From contig CAXXLV010000002.1 of assembly GCA_963664305.2 (NCBI GenBank), forward strand, positions 1,024,001 to 1,088,000: 64,000 nucleotides of DNA, written 5' to 3'. The DNA is from an uncultured Aliarcobacter sp. (GTDB lineage Bacteria; Campylobacterota; Campylobacteria; Campylobacterales; Arcobacteraceae). Positions within the stretch are counted from its first letter, which is position 1. Every line of letters begins with the position of its first letter. A program made the position numbers and the translations under genes. Of this stretch, positions 18,904 to 28,866 are shown piece by piece. Below the pieces are notes generated by a model. The model saw only the letters and a list, made by a program, of their open reading frames with translations. It made no database searches and was not told the origin of the DNA.

Positions 18904-19725
18904 TTATTTAATATCTAATAATACTTTTTTATAAGAGTTTTCCCAACAGCAATTATGCTCTTCATCGAAATATTTATATTTAATATTAGTTTTTTTATCA
19001 AATTTTGAATAATATGATAAAAATACATCTTTTGGGATAACTTTATCATTATTACCAATTAGATGATATTGTTTTATATGTTCAAGATTTTTTGTATAAT
19101 CTGCTGGATTTAAAGAACCTTCCAACTTAGAGATATTGTGTAAAGAAGTCCATTTTTCTGTATCTAAATTTCCAGCGATTGTAATTATTAAATCAATATC
19201 ATCTCTTTTTGAAGACACAAGAGTAACAACAGCTCCACCACCTGAATGACCAATTAAAGTAAAACTCTTATTTTTATATTTTTTCTTTAATTCATCTAAA
19301 CTTTCATTAAAACTTTCTATTACTTCAAAGCTAAATCTTTTATTTGTCCAAAAACTTTTATTACATATATTAGAACTAATAAACTGACAAGGACGTGCAA
19401 GATAAACTTTACACTCAGTTTTATCTTCATACATAAGTTTTAAAGTTGTAGAATTTATTGGTGTTGGGTCTTTTGAAATAGTCGTTCTTGATAGCCAAGA
19501 TAAACCATCACCTTCAACATATATTTTTAGATTTTTATTTTTACAATTTAGATTTTGTTTTTGTAAAGAAAATAGAGAAAAAGTTGATGTTTCTATATCA
19601 ATTTCTTCAAAATTATTTTTATAAGCAGTTGTTAGAACACTGCTTTTCCGTTCATTTGGAGTTGGAAGATTATTTACACAACCATTAAAAAGAAAAAATA
19701 TAACTGTAATTATTAAATATTTCAT
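18904..19725 (-). CDS. Alpha/beta-hydrolase lipoprotein
   Basis: FNGC lipobox; YVEGDG, LARPCQ, GHSGG nucleophile elbow; candidate Asp (NDKVIP) and His (HNCCW). Confidence 0.85.
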   Translation of the reverse strand: MKYLIITVIFFLFNGCVNNLPTPNERKSSVLTTAYKNNFEEIDIETSTFSLFSLQKQNLNCKNKNLKIYVEGDGLSWLSRTTISKDPTPINSTTLKLMYEDKTECKVYLARPCQFISSNICNKSFWTNKRFSFEVIESFNESLDELKKKYKNKSFTLIGHSGGGAVVTLVSSKRDDIDLIITIAGNLDTEKWTSLHNISKLEGSLNPADYTKNLEHIKQYHLIGNNDKVIPKDVFLSYYSKFDKKTNIKYKYFDEEHNCCWENSYKKVLLDIK

Positions 19726-19728
19726 CTC

Positions 19729-20454
19729 TTATTTTGATAACAGTTCCATTTCTCTAGCTAAAGCTCTTCTTTTTGCAAGATTAATTAAAGCATCTTTAGC
19801 CTCTTCAAAAGTTGCAATTTTTTCTGGAATATATTTTTCTATATATAAAATTTGAGTACCAACATCTTTTAGATTTACTTTTACAATTTCTCCCTCTTTT
19901 TTACCCTTTAAAGCCTCTTTTATTTGAGGATTTAATTTGTTTTCATCAACTAAAGGAGTTAAACCATTATTTTGTTTTGAAGCAACATCATTTGATACAG
20001 ATCTTACATATTTAATAAATGATTCTTTTTTATCTTGTTTGTTTTTTATTTCATTTAGCATTTCAATTATTCTATCTGCATTTTTTTCATAAGAAACTAG
20101 AATATTTCTTAATTCATATTTTCCAACTGTTCTTGGTTTTTCTATTTTATATAGTTCATTTAATTCATTTTCACTTGGTTTATAACTTTGCATAAATTTA
20201 TTTGACCAAATTTCAACTATTGCTAGATTTTTTGCAACTTCAACATCAGAATCATTTTTCATAACTGTTGCTTCTAAAGTTTTTGATAATCTCTTGATTT
20301 TTTGATACTCTTTTTCTAAAGATTCTTTTGATTTAGGATTTTGTTTTTCATAATTTGCATGATATTTCATCGCAGTATATGAAGCTATTTCATCTGCATA
20401 TAAATTCATACTTAAAAAAGTTGACAATATACATAAAGATATTTTTTTAACCAT
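19729..20454 (-). CDS. Periplasmic parvulin-type (PEB4/SurA-like) chaperone, degenerate active site
   Basis: Sec signal; YELRNILV...S.D..S...GE...TFEEAK parvulin layout. Confidence 0.75.
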   Translation of the reverse strand: MVKKISLCILSTFLSMNLYADEIASYTAMKYHANYEKQNPKSKESLEKEYQKIKRLSKTLEATVMKNDSDVEVAKNLAIVEIWSNKFMQSYKPSENELNELYKIEKPRTVGKYELRNILVSYEKNADRIIEMLNEIKNKQDKKESFIKYVRSVSNDVASKQNNGLTPLVDENKLNPQIKEALKGKKEGEIVKVNLKDVGTQILYIEKYIPEKIATFEEAKDALINLAKRRALAREMELLSK

Positions 20455-20476
20455 TTTTTATCCTCAATTAAATATT

Positions 20477-23400
20477 TTAAAAACTAATTCCAAATGTTAC
20501 ACTTCCAGAATATCCTTGGAATTTACCATCTTTACTTCTATCATAATCCATATCAAATATTAAACTTGTTGAATCAGAAATTTTTGTTTCAAGTCCTAAT
20601 CCAACGTTATACATTGTTTTATTTAATTCAGTAACTGGTGTAACAAACTCTTTTCCACCACCAACATATTGTGCTTTTATATCAGCACTATTATCTCCAA
20701 ATGAGTTATATGCACTAACAGATAATTGAGGAATAAGTAATGTATCTTCTAATTCTATATTTGAAGTAAGTTTTGCTCCAAGTTCAACTGTACCACGATT
20801 TAATTTTAAACCATCAACTTTTAAAGCATCATTTTGATAAGTTGTTCCTTTTTCAGTATAACCTTTTTGGTTTAGTAAACTATATTCTAAAGATGCAAAT
20901 GGTGTTAAAGAGACACCATCATTAACAGGAATTGTATATCCTGTTTCAACTTTTGCAGAAATTTGTTCTGCATCAACACTTGAAGTTAATTTACCAGAAT
21001 TTGCCGTTCTTGTTCCATCTGTTTTATGTTTTGCATAAGATAAATAAGTATCAACATATGCATTTTCAAATGCTGAAGATGAATAAATTGTTCCTTGAAT
21101 ACTTGTTGTATCTGAACTATCTGATGCAGCATTTTCTTGATTTGTTTTAGTTGTAGAATAAGCAAGTGCTGCTCCAAAAATTGTTCCATCACCTGAAATT
21201 TTATCCATACCACCTACAAAACCATATGTTGAAGTATTAAATCCATAATATTCATCAACTTGATCTTGTGTAGCTTTTCCAGCCATTCCTTTTAACCAAA
21301 ACGATGTATCAAAACTATAATAATCTCCTGAAGATAATCCTGTTCTATATAAAGTAGGAGTAAAATTATTCATTTCACCCGTTCTAATATCAGATAATCT
21401 TCCTTTTATAGTTGTCATTGCTAAGTTTGATGCAGTAATTGATGTTTGCATATTTGAACTATTTGCAATAGGAGCAAGTTTTCTTTGAGTCTCAATCATC
21501 TCTTGTTTTTTAGCTTCACTTAAAACTGTTCCACCTTCTAAATACTCTAATTCATTGATAATTTGTGCTAGTGCACCTGCTCTATCAACTCCATTTGCAT
21601 AATCTGCAAGTGCTTGAGAAGCACCATTTGAATAATCTTTCCCTATTTCAGATTTTTCTATATATAAATCTTCTGGATTAAATGAACCATTATTTGTTCT
21701 ATCAGCAACTAATACTAAATTATTATCTTTAAATACAACCTTACTGTCTATGATACTATTATCAGAAACTTTACCATTTGCTTCATTTCCTTCAGTATAT
21801 GTTCCAGTTGAACTATTTGCACTAATTAAATTATATTCATATTTACCTGCCAAAGTTCCATTATAATCGATATGAACTTTTATATCATCTTGAATATCTA
21901 AACTATTTGCATCTATACTTCCTGATGTATCATTTGCAACAGCTTGCCCAGCTATTAAATCCGATGTATCAATTTCGAATTTAAGTGTAGAGTTTGATGC
22001 TAAAACGATTCCATTTTCAACTGTAATATCATGATTATTAACATCTAAAACAGAATTACTACTAACATTTAAATTTCCATAGAATGTCATATCTGATGTT
22101 AAATTTGCAGTTGTTTTATTTGAACTATTTCCTATTGTTATATCATTTGCATAAATATCTTTATTTATATTTTGAGTATATGAATTTGAAGCTGTACCAA
22201 CTGTTCCAAAATTCACTTCTTTTAATCTAAATAAATCTTCTCCAATATCTGTATATAAAGTTGTTGTACCTTCAAAATTAATTGTACCCTGTCCATTATT
22301 TGCAGTTGTTATTGCAAGAGGAGTAGTTGAAACTATTATTGATTTTGTATTAGCAACATTTACTGTTCCATCATTATCAAAAACTAAATCTCCATATAAA
22401 TTACCCTCAAGATTTACTATTCCATCTCCACTAACATGGAATGTACTCTCTTTTACATACACATCATTTTTAAAGGTAACTGTTTCTCCAGTAACTCCTG
22501 CATATATACTTTCAAATGTAGAATTTCCTGCTGTGTTTCCACCTAAAACTCCATAAACAGTTGAAGAGCCATTAAATCTTAATATTGCATTATTTGCATT
22601 TGCAAATTGAATTCCAGATGTTCCCGTTGTTAAGTTTACATTATCACCTATTTCAAGAGTTCCTGTAGATGAGCCAAAATCAACAGTTCCTTTCATTCCT
22701 TCTGCATTAGAAGCATTATCCCCATTTAAAACAACTGTTCCATTATCTGAATATTTTAAAGTAGAAGCATATACCATACCATCAAAAGTTACTGTTTCAC
22801 CAGTAACACCAGCGGTTATACTTTCTAAATTATTAGTACTTGTTCCTACATCACCTGTTACAGTTGAACTTCCCTCAAATACTACATTACCTGTATTTGC
22901 AGTCATTGTTGCAATAATCAAACTATCAGTTATATCAGTATTTGTTACATTTGCATTATCAGCTAATGTTAAAGTTGCATTATTATATAAATTTATAATA
23001 TCTGCAAAAATTTCTCTACGTGCCAATAAACCATTTGAAGTTACAGTACCACTTCCATCTTTATCTTGTTCATCATTTGTATTTACATTTAATTCATTTA
23101 TACCTAAACCTGAACTTCCTATAATACCATCAATTACACCATCACCTTTATAGTTTAATATTCCTGTATTATTTGCTAAAGTTTGTACAGAACCAAGAAG
23201 TCCTCCACCTGAATCTAAAATACCCATTCCATCAGCTACATTTACAATTGCATCAAAACCAGAAAAATTAATATTTCCAGTTAGATTTCCATTTAGATTA
23301 GCTGTTCCATCACTTTCAAATACTATGTTTGAAACATAAACATCATTTCCAAAAGTTACAACTTCTCCTGATGCACCTTGTAATGTTATCTCTTTTAATA

Positions 23401-26400
23401 AAGCTCCACTCGTTCCTATTTGTCCAGACACATTTGAAGTTCCTTCAAATGTTAAAGTCCCTTGATTATTAAAAGATGTTGTTACTGGTGCATTTAGGTT
23501 AGAATTATCAGCTAATATTACTTCTCCATCACCTAAAATATTTAAATTATCAGTATTTATTGAAGAATTAAAAGTAACTGTTTTTCCTGTATTTGCCACA
23601 TTGATTTGTTCTAATTTCTCAGTAGTTGTTCCTATTGTTCCATTTATAGTTGAATCACCTAGGAAAGTTAAAATTCCTAGTCCATTTTCTGCTGTAGTTA
23701 TAGTTGAAGTTATATTTGAACCGTCAGATAAAGTTAATGTTGAACTATTTGTACCTTCATTATTTAAAACTATATTTGTTGCATAAACATTTCCAGTAAT
23801 TGTTGTTGATGAATAGTTTGTTGAAGTTCCACTTTGACCAATATTTAATGTATTTATTAAAGAAGTTGAACTTCCAATATCTCCTATAAATGATTGAGAT
23901 TTCCCTGAAACATCTCCAACAAAAGTTACTATTCCTTGTGTAGTTGATAAAGCAACAATATCAGTTGAAACATTCGATACAAATTTTATCTCACCAGCTC
24001 CAATATTTGTAGTTGTTGCATATACATCACTACTAAATGTTGAATTTGATCCATTCGCTCCTGCATTTATCTCTTTTAGTAATGCTCCACTTGCTCCTAC
24101 TTGTCCACTTACTGTTGAACTTCCATTTAACGTCAATGTCCCTGTATTTGTTGTTGCTGTTGTTACTGCTGAGTTTACATCACTTCCTGTTGCTAATACT
24201 ACTGTTCCATCTGCGTTATATCTTATTGCTGTCCCTGTATAATCTCCATTTAGATTTACTGTTCCAGTCCCCTCTACATCTAAGTTTGTTGCGTAAACAT
24301 CACTACTAAACGTTGAACTTGATCCATTCGCTCCTGCATTTATCTCTTTTAGTAATGCTCCACTTGCTCCTACTTGTCCACTTACTGTTGAACTTCCATT
24401 TAACGTCAATGTCCCTGTATTTGTTGTTGCTGTTGTTACTGCTGAGTTTACATCACTTCCTGTTGCTAATACTACTGTTCCATCTGCGTTATATCTTATT
24501 GCTGTCCCTGTATAATCTCCATTTAGATTTACTGTTCCAGTCCCCTCTACATCTAAGTTTGTTGCGTAAACATCACTACTAAACGTTGAACTTGATCCAT
24601 TCGCTCCTGCATTTATCTCTTTTAGTAATGCTCCACTTGCTCCTACTTGTCCACTTACTGTTGAACTTCCATTTAACGTCAATGTCCCTGTATTTGTTGT
24701 TGCTGTTGTTACTGCTGAGTTTACATCACTTCCTGTTGCTAATACTACTGTTCCATCTGCGTTATATCTTATTGCTGTCCCTGTATAATCTCCATTTAGA
24801 TTTACTGTTCCAGTCCCCTCTACATCTAAGTTTGTTGCGTAAACATCACTACTAAACGTTGAACTTGATCCATTCGCTCCTGCATTTATCTCTTTTAGTA
24901 ATGCTCCACTTGCTCCTACTTGTCCACTTACTGTTGAACTTCCATTTAACGTCAATGTCCCTGTATTTGTTGTTGCTGTTGTTACTGCTGAGTTTACATC
25001 ACTTCCTGTTGCTAATACTACTGTTCCATCTGCGTTATATCTTATTGCTGTCCCTGTATAATCTCCATTTAGATTTACTGTTCCAGTCCCCTCTACATCT
25101 AAGTTTGTTGCGTAAACATCACTACTAAACGTTGAACTTGATCCATTCGCTCCTGCATTTATCTCTTTTAGTAATGCTCCACTTGCTCCTACTTGTCCAC
25201 TTACTGTTGAACTTCCATTTAACGTCAATGTCCCTGTATTTGTTGTTGCTGTTGTTACTGCTGAGTTTACATCACTTCCTGTTGCTAATACTACTGTTCC
25301 ATCTGCGTTATATCTTATTGCTGTCCCTGTATAATCTCCATTTAGATTTACTGTTCCAGTCCCCTCTACATCTAAGTTTGTTGCGTAAACATCACTACTA
25401 AACGTTGAACTTGATCCATTCGCTCCTGCATTTATCTCTTTTAGTAATGCTCCACTTGCTCCTACTTGTCCACTTACTGTTGAACTTCCATTTAACGTCA
25501 ATGTCCCTGTATTTGTTGTTGCTGTTGTTACTGCTGAGTTTACATCACTTCCTGTTGCTAATACTACTGTTCCATCTGCGTTATATCTTATTGCTGTCCC
25601 TGTATAATCTCCATTTAGATTTACTGTTCCAGTCCCCTCTACATCTAAGTTTGTTGCGTAAACATCACTACTAAACGTTGAACTTGATCCATTCGCTCCT
25701 GCATTTATCTCTTTTAGTAATGCTCCACTTGCTCCTACTTGTCCACTTACTGTTGAACTTCCATTTAACGTCAATGTCCCTGTATTTGTTGTTGCTGTTG
25801 TTACTGCTGAGTTTACATCACTTCCTGTTGCTAATACTACTGTTCCATCTGCGTTATATCTTATTGCTGTCCCTGTATAATCTCCATTTAGATTTACTGT
25901 TCCAGTCCCCTCTACATCTAAGTTTGTTGCGTAAACATCACTACTAAACGTTGAACTTGATCCATTCGCTCCTGCATTTATCTCTTTTAGTAATGCTCCA
26001 CTTGCTCCTACTTGTCCACTTACTGTTGAACTTCCATTTAAAGTAAGTATTCCCATATTTGCATCTGCAGTTGTAATAGTTGATGTAATATCACTTCCAT
26101 CAGCTAAAACTAATGTTGAACTATTTGTTGTTCCATTATTATTTAAAACCGTACTATTTGAATAAACATCACCGTAAATTACAGTTCTTGAATAATTTGA
26201 AGCAACCGTGTCACTTCCAATATTTAAAATACCTATATCAGAAGAAATTGAAGTCCCTATATTTCCAGTAATTATTTGTTCTTTTCCTGTTCCATTACCA
26301 ACAATAGTTACTGTACCTAAATTATCTCCACCTGATGTGATATTACCTGTAAAATCTTCATTAATAAGTACATTTCCATTTACAGAAAAATTCATAGCAT

Positions 26401-27154
26401 CTGTAGTTCCAGCTGTTAAATCTACATCAGAATTAAAAGTAATTGTACTTGTTGTATCCACAGCAATAGAACCAGCATCTACTGTTCCTGTAAAAGTTAC
26501 ACTACCATCTAGTTTTATATTTCCATCATCAATGTTTGTTGTTCCATAAACTGTATTTGAACCACTAAACACAATATTTGCGACATATGCATCACTTGAT
26601 GACATATAACCATCTGTACTATTTACATAATAATAAGTTGATGTTTCTTTAACTATATTATTAACTGTTGAACCAGAAGTTAAAGTAACTGTAAAGTCAG
26701 TATCTGGATTTAGGGTTGTATAATGAGCATAATCATAATTTGTTGCAGAAAAACCACCACCATCTATGTAAGTTCCATCTGCAATTGAATTTGCTGCTGT
26801 TCCAGTCGTTCCATCTGTTGCAACAGTAACACTGTTTGTACCTGAAATCTCATTATCAGTAACACCTGTATAAGATTCTGCAACTCTATCAGGTCTAAAA
26901 ATTATATTTTCTGTAGTTGATGTTTGAGAATAAATACCTGTATTTATACCGGTATTACTTCTTTCTGTAACTGTAACATCAGGAGTTGTATAAGTTGTAC
27001 CTGTAGTCCATTCATTGTCAAAAAATGTCTCTGCATGAGCAGATATTTGACTAAAAATCAATGAACTAGTTACTAAAGAGATAGATAATGACAGACCAAT
27101 TTTTCCACCCTTTAAGATACGAAACTTCGTATCAATAACTCTAAATGATTTCAT
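20477..27154 (-). CDS. Large autotransporter (type Va), 2225 aa, repeat-rich passenger
   Basis: Extended signal peptide ending SAHA; G/T/N/S-rich beta-helix-type passenger; C-terminal ~280-aa barrel (FWLKG...LTPFASLEY...) ending in Phe. Confidence 0.92.
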   Translation of the reverse strand: MKSFRVIDTKFRILKGGKIGLSLSISLVTSSLIFSQISAHAETFFDNEWTTGTTYTTPDVTVTERSNTGINTGIYSQTSTTENIIFRPDRVAESYTGVTDNEISGTNSVTVATDGTTGTAANSIADGTYIDGGGFSATNYDYAHYTTLNPDTDFTVTLTSGSTVNNIVKETSTYYYVNSTDGYMSSSDAYVANIVFSGSNTVYGTTNIDDGNIKLDGSVTFTGTVDAGSIAVDTTSTITFNSDVDLTAGTTDAMNFSVNGNVLINEDFTGNITSGGDNLGTVTIVGNGTGKEQIITGNIGTSISSDIGILNIGSDTVASNYSRTVIYGDVYSNSTVLNNNGTTNSSTLVLADGSDITSTITTADANMGILTLNGSSTVSGQVGASGALLKEINAGANGSSSTFSSDVYATNLDVEGTGTVNLNGDYTGTAIRYNADGTVVLATGSDVNSAVTTATTNTGTLTLNGSSTVSGQVGASGALLKEINAGANGSSSTFSSDVYATNLDVEGTGTVNLNGDYTGTAIRYNADGTVVLATGSDVNSAVTTATTNTGTLTLNGSSTVSGQVGASGALLKEINAGANGSSSTFSSDVYATNLDVEGTGTVNLNGDYTGTAIRYNADGTVVLATGSDVNSAVTTATTNTGTLTLNGSSTVSGQVGASGALLKEINAGANGSSSTFSSDVYATNLDVEGTGTVNLNGDYTGTAIRYNADGTVVLATGSDVNSAVTTATTNTGTLTLNGSSTVSGQVGASGALLKEINAGANGSSSTFSSDVYATNLDVEGTGTVNLNGDYTGTAIRYNADGTVVLATGSDVNSAVTTATTNTGTLTLNGSSTVSGQVGASGALLKEINAGANGSSSTFSSDVYATNLDVEGTGTVNLNGDYTGTAIRYNADGTVVLATGSDVNSAVTTATTNTGTLTLNGSSTVSGQVGASGALLKEINAGANGSSSTFSSDVYATNLDVEGTGTVNLNGDYTGTAIRYNADGTVVLATGSDVNSAVTTATTNTGTLTLNGSSTVSGQVGASGALLKEINAGANGSNSTFSSDVYATTTNIGAGEIKFVSNVSTDIVALSTTQGIVTFVGDVSGKSQSFIGDIGSSTSLINTLNIGQSGTSTNYSSTTITGNVYATNIVLNNEGTNSSTLTLSDGSNITSTITTAENGLGILTFLGDSTINGTIGTTTEKLEQINVANTGKTVTFNSSINTDNLNILGDGEVILADNSNLNAPVTTSFNNQGTLTFEGTSNVSGQIGTSGALLKEITLQGASGEVVTFGNDVYVSNIVFESDGTANLNGNLTGNINFSGFDAIVNVADGMGILDSGGGLLGSVQTLANNTGILNYKGDGVIDGIIGSSGLGINELNVNTNDEQDKDGSGTVTSNGLLARREIFADIINLYNNATLTLADNANVTNTDITDSLIIATMTANTGNVVFEGSSTVTGDVGTSTNNLESITAGVTGETVTFDGMVYASTLKYSDNGTVVLNGDNASNAEGMKGTVDFGSSTGTLEIGDNVNLTTGTSGIQFANANNAILRFNGSSTVYGVLGGNTAGNSTFESIYAGVTGETVTFKNDVYVKESTFHVSGDGIVNLEGNLYGDLVFDNDGTVNVANTKSIIVSTTPLAITTANNGQGTINFEGTTTLYTDIGEDLFRLKEVNFGTVGTASNSYTQNINKDIYANDITIGNSSNKTTANLTSDMTFYGNLNVSSNSVLDVNNHDITVENGIVLASNSTLKFEIDTSDLIAGQAVANDTSGSIDANSLDIQDDIKVHIDYNGTLAGKYEYNLISANSSTGTYTEGNEANGKVSDNSIIDSKVVFKDNNLVLVADRTNNGSFNPEDLYIEKSEIGKDYSNGASQALADYANGVDRAGALAQIINELEYLEGGTVLSEAKKQEMIETQRKLAPIANSSNMQTSITASNLAMTTIKGRLSDIRTGEMNNFTPTLYRTGLSSGDYYSFDTSFWLKGMAGKATQDQVDEYYGFNTSTYGFVGGMDKISGDGTIFGAALAYSTTKTNQENAASDSSDTTSIQGTIYSSSAFENAYVDTYLSYAKHKTDGTRTANSGKLTSSVDAEQISAKVETGYTIPVNDGVSLTPFASLEYSLLNQKGYTEKGTTYQNDALKVDGLKLNRGTVELGAKLTSNIELEDTLLIPQLSVSAYNSFGDNSADIKAQYVGGGKEFVTPVTELNKTMYNVGLGLETKISDSTSLIFDMDYDRSKDGKFQGYSGSVTFGISF
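24013..26041. repeat. 273-bp (91-codon) tandem repeat, ~7.4 copies
   Basis: Period 273 is visible directly (antisense ORF starts 24313, 24586, 24859, 25132, 25405, 25678); internal copies look identical by eye. Confidence 0.97.
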
Positions 27155-27249
27155 TTATTAGAGTTCTCCCCTTAATTATTTTTGTACAACTTATTTAAAT
27201 AACATATATAATAGCTAATTATTCTGAAATATTCGATAAAACAGTGGTT

Positions 27250-27813
27250 TTAATTATAAAAAAAACTATTTATTTTTCTAAAATATCTTTCTATTCCATC
27301 AAAAGAGTGACTTCCACCCTCTTCAATTATCAAATCTGTCTCTTCAAGTTTTAAAGCTGCTTCACTAAAATCTAAAACCTCATCCTCTTCTTGTAATAAA
27401 GTTATAAAATTTTGAGGATTTTTTATAAATTGAACATCATAATTTCTTAAAGATTTTATATGATTTTGAGTAAACTCAAATCTTGAATTATCATAATAGT
27501 TTGTAACAAATTCTACCCCCTCATATCTATGTAAAGTTCCCCATGGATTAACAGCTGGATTTATTAAAACTGCTTTTAAATCATATTTATTTGCTAAATA
27601 AAGTGCATAAAATCCACCAAGAGAAGAACCTACTAGATAAACTGGTTCATCTTTATTTAAAGAGAACTCTATTATTTGTTCTAAAGTATCAATTGCTAAA
27701 TTTGGAATAATTGGAAGAGAAATTGTTATTATTTCCTCTTCAAAATACTCTTTAAATTTTTGTGGTTTTGAACCAAATCCTGAACTTGCAAATCCATGAA
27801 TATATATTATCAT
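27250..27813 (-). CDS. YqiA/YcfP family esterase
   Basis: MIIYIHGFAS start, GSSLGG, AVLINPA, DEVLD, GGSHSF; start trimmed to ATG 27813. Confidence 0.9.
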   Translation of the reverse strand: MIIYIHGFASSGFGSKPQKFKEYFEEEIITISLPIIPNLAIDTLEQIIEFSLNKDEPVYLVGSSLGGFYALYLANKYDLKAVLINPAVNPWGTLHRYEGVEFVTNYYDNSRFEFTQNHIKSLRNYDVQFIKNPQNFITLLQEEDEVLDFSEAALKLEETDLIIEEGGSHSFDGIERYFRKINSFFYN

Positions 27814-27874
27814 TTTATTTTCTTCCAATGTTTTTATTATATAATTTTGCAATCTTACAATAAAAGGATTGATA

Positions 27875-28861
27875 ATGAAATTATTTTCAAAAATTATTTT
27901 CACTTCATCTTTTCTTGTTTTAAACCTGAATGCACAAGTTTTTTCAGTTTTTTTAGAAAATGATGTGATTAATGGAGATGACAAACATTATACAAATGGA
28001 ACTTATTTTAGTTATTTAAGCAATAAAGATACTAATGATTCATCAAAATATAACAATAGTTTTTTTGATTTAATCTCTAAAATTCCAACTTTCAATAATG
28101 ATACAAAATACCAAACTTTAGGTATGACTTATTCTCATTATGCTTTTACACCTAGTAACTTAGATAAAGAAGAAAAAATCATAGGTGATATGCCTTATGT
28201 GGGAGTTGCAACTCTTGATTTTATTTTATTTAAGTGGGATGAAGATTTTTTCCATGAATATACAATTACTTTAGGAGCTGTTGGACCTAGTACAAAAACT
28301 GATTCTTTTCAAAAATCTTTTCATAATACAATTGGAAGTACTGACCCACAAGGATGGAATAATCAATTAGAAGATGATTTTTTGTATAACTTTTCTTACT
28401 CTTATGGTTATAGAGCATTTAAACATGAGTTTTCTTATGGAAAAATGGATTTAGTAAATACAGTTAGAGCAAATATTGGAAATTATAATAGGTCTTTAAT
28501 GGCTGGAAGTATGATTAGATATGGTAATAACTTTCCAAATAACTTTAATAGTGTTGGAAAATTTATAGGTATGAATGAAAATAAACTTTTAAATCTTGAT
28601 TCAAAAACAAACAAAAATTTAGGTTGGTCATTATCTTATGGTTTAGGTTACTCTTATACAGATTATTTTTATGTAACTAATCATGACAAATCTTATGAAT
28701 TAGATGAATTAAAAGATAGTTTAGTTCATGTTATTTCTTGGGATACTTATCTTGATAAGTTTGTCTTATCTCTTAGTTTTAAAACTTCAAAAATCAATCT
28801 TTCAAATGACTATAATCAGTATGAAAATTGGGGTGGAATTAATATAGCTTATCTATTTTAG
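27875..28861 (+). CDS. Lipid A deacylase LpxR family outer-membrane protein
   Basis: Signal peptide; ENDV...D.HYTNG, FTP, D.PY.G, GW.NQ motifs; terminal Phe. Confidence 0.8.
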   Translation: MKLFSKIIFTSSFLVLNLNAQVFSVFLENDVINGDDKHYTNGTYFSYLSNKDTNDSSKYNNSFFDLISKIPTFNNDTKYQTLGMTYSHYAFTPSNLDKEEKIIGDMPYVGVATLDFILFKWDEDFFHEYTITLGAVGPSTKTDSFQKSFHNTIGSTDPQGWNNQLEDDFLYNFSYSYGYRAFKHEFSYGKMDLVNTVRANIGNYNRSLMAGSMIRYGNNFPNNFNSVGKFIGMNENKLLNLDSKTNKNLGWSLSYGLGYSYTDYFYVTNHDKSYELDELKDSLVHVISWDTYLDKFVLSLSFKTSKINLSNDYNQYENWGGINIAYLF

Positions 28862-28866
28862 ATAAG

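Noticed and set aside
24037..25947. Seven Leu/His-rich 89-90 aa ORFs on the + strand
   Set aside because: Antisense shadows of the autotransporter repeat; no RBS, and composition is explained by codon bias on the coding strand.
24013..26041. Possible CRISPR array
   Set aside because: Contiguous 273-bp in-frame coding units with no unique spacers and no cas genes.
27814..27984. 57-aa N-terminal extension of the esterase in the ORF track
   Set aside because: Overlaps the divergent LpxR-like gene; the family N-terminus matches ATG 27813.
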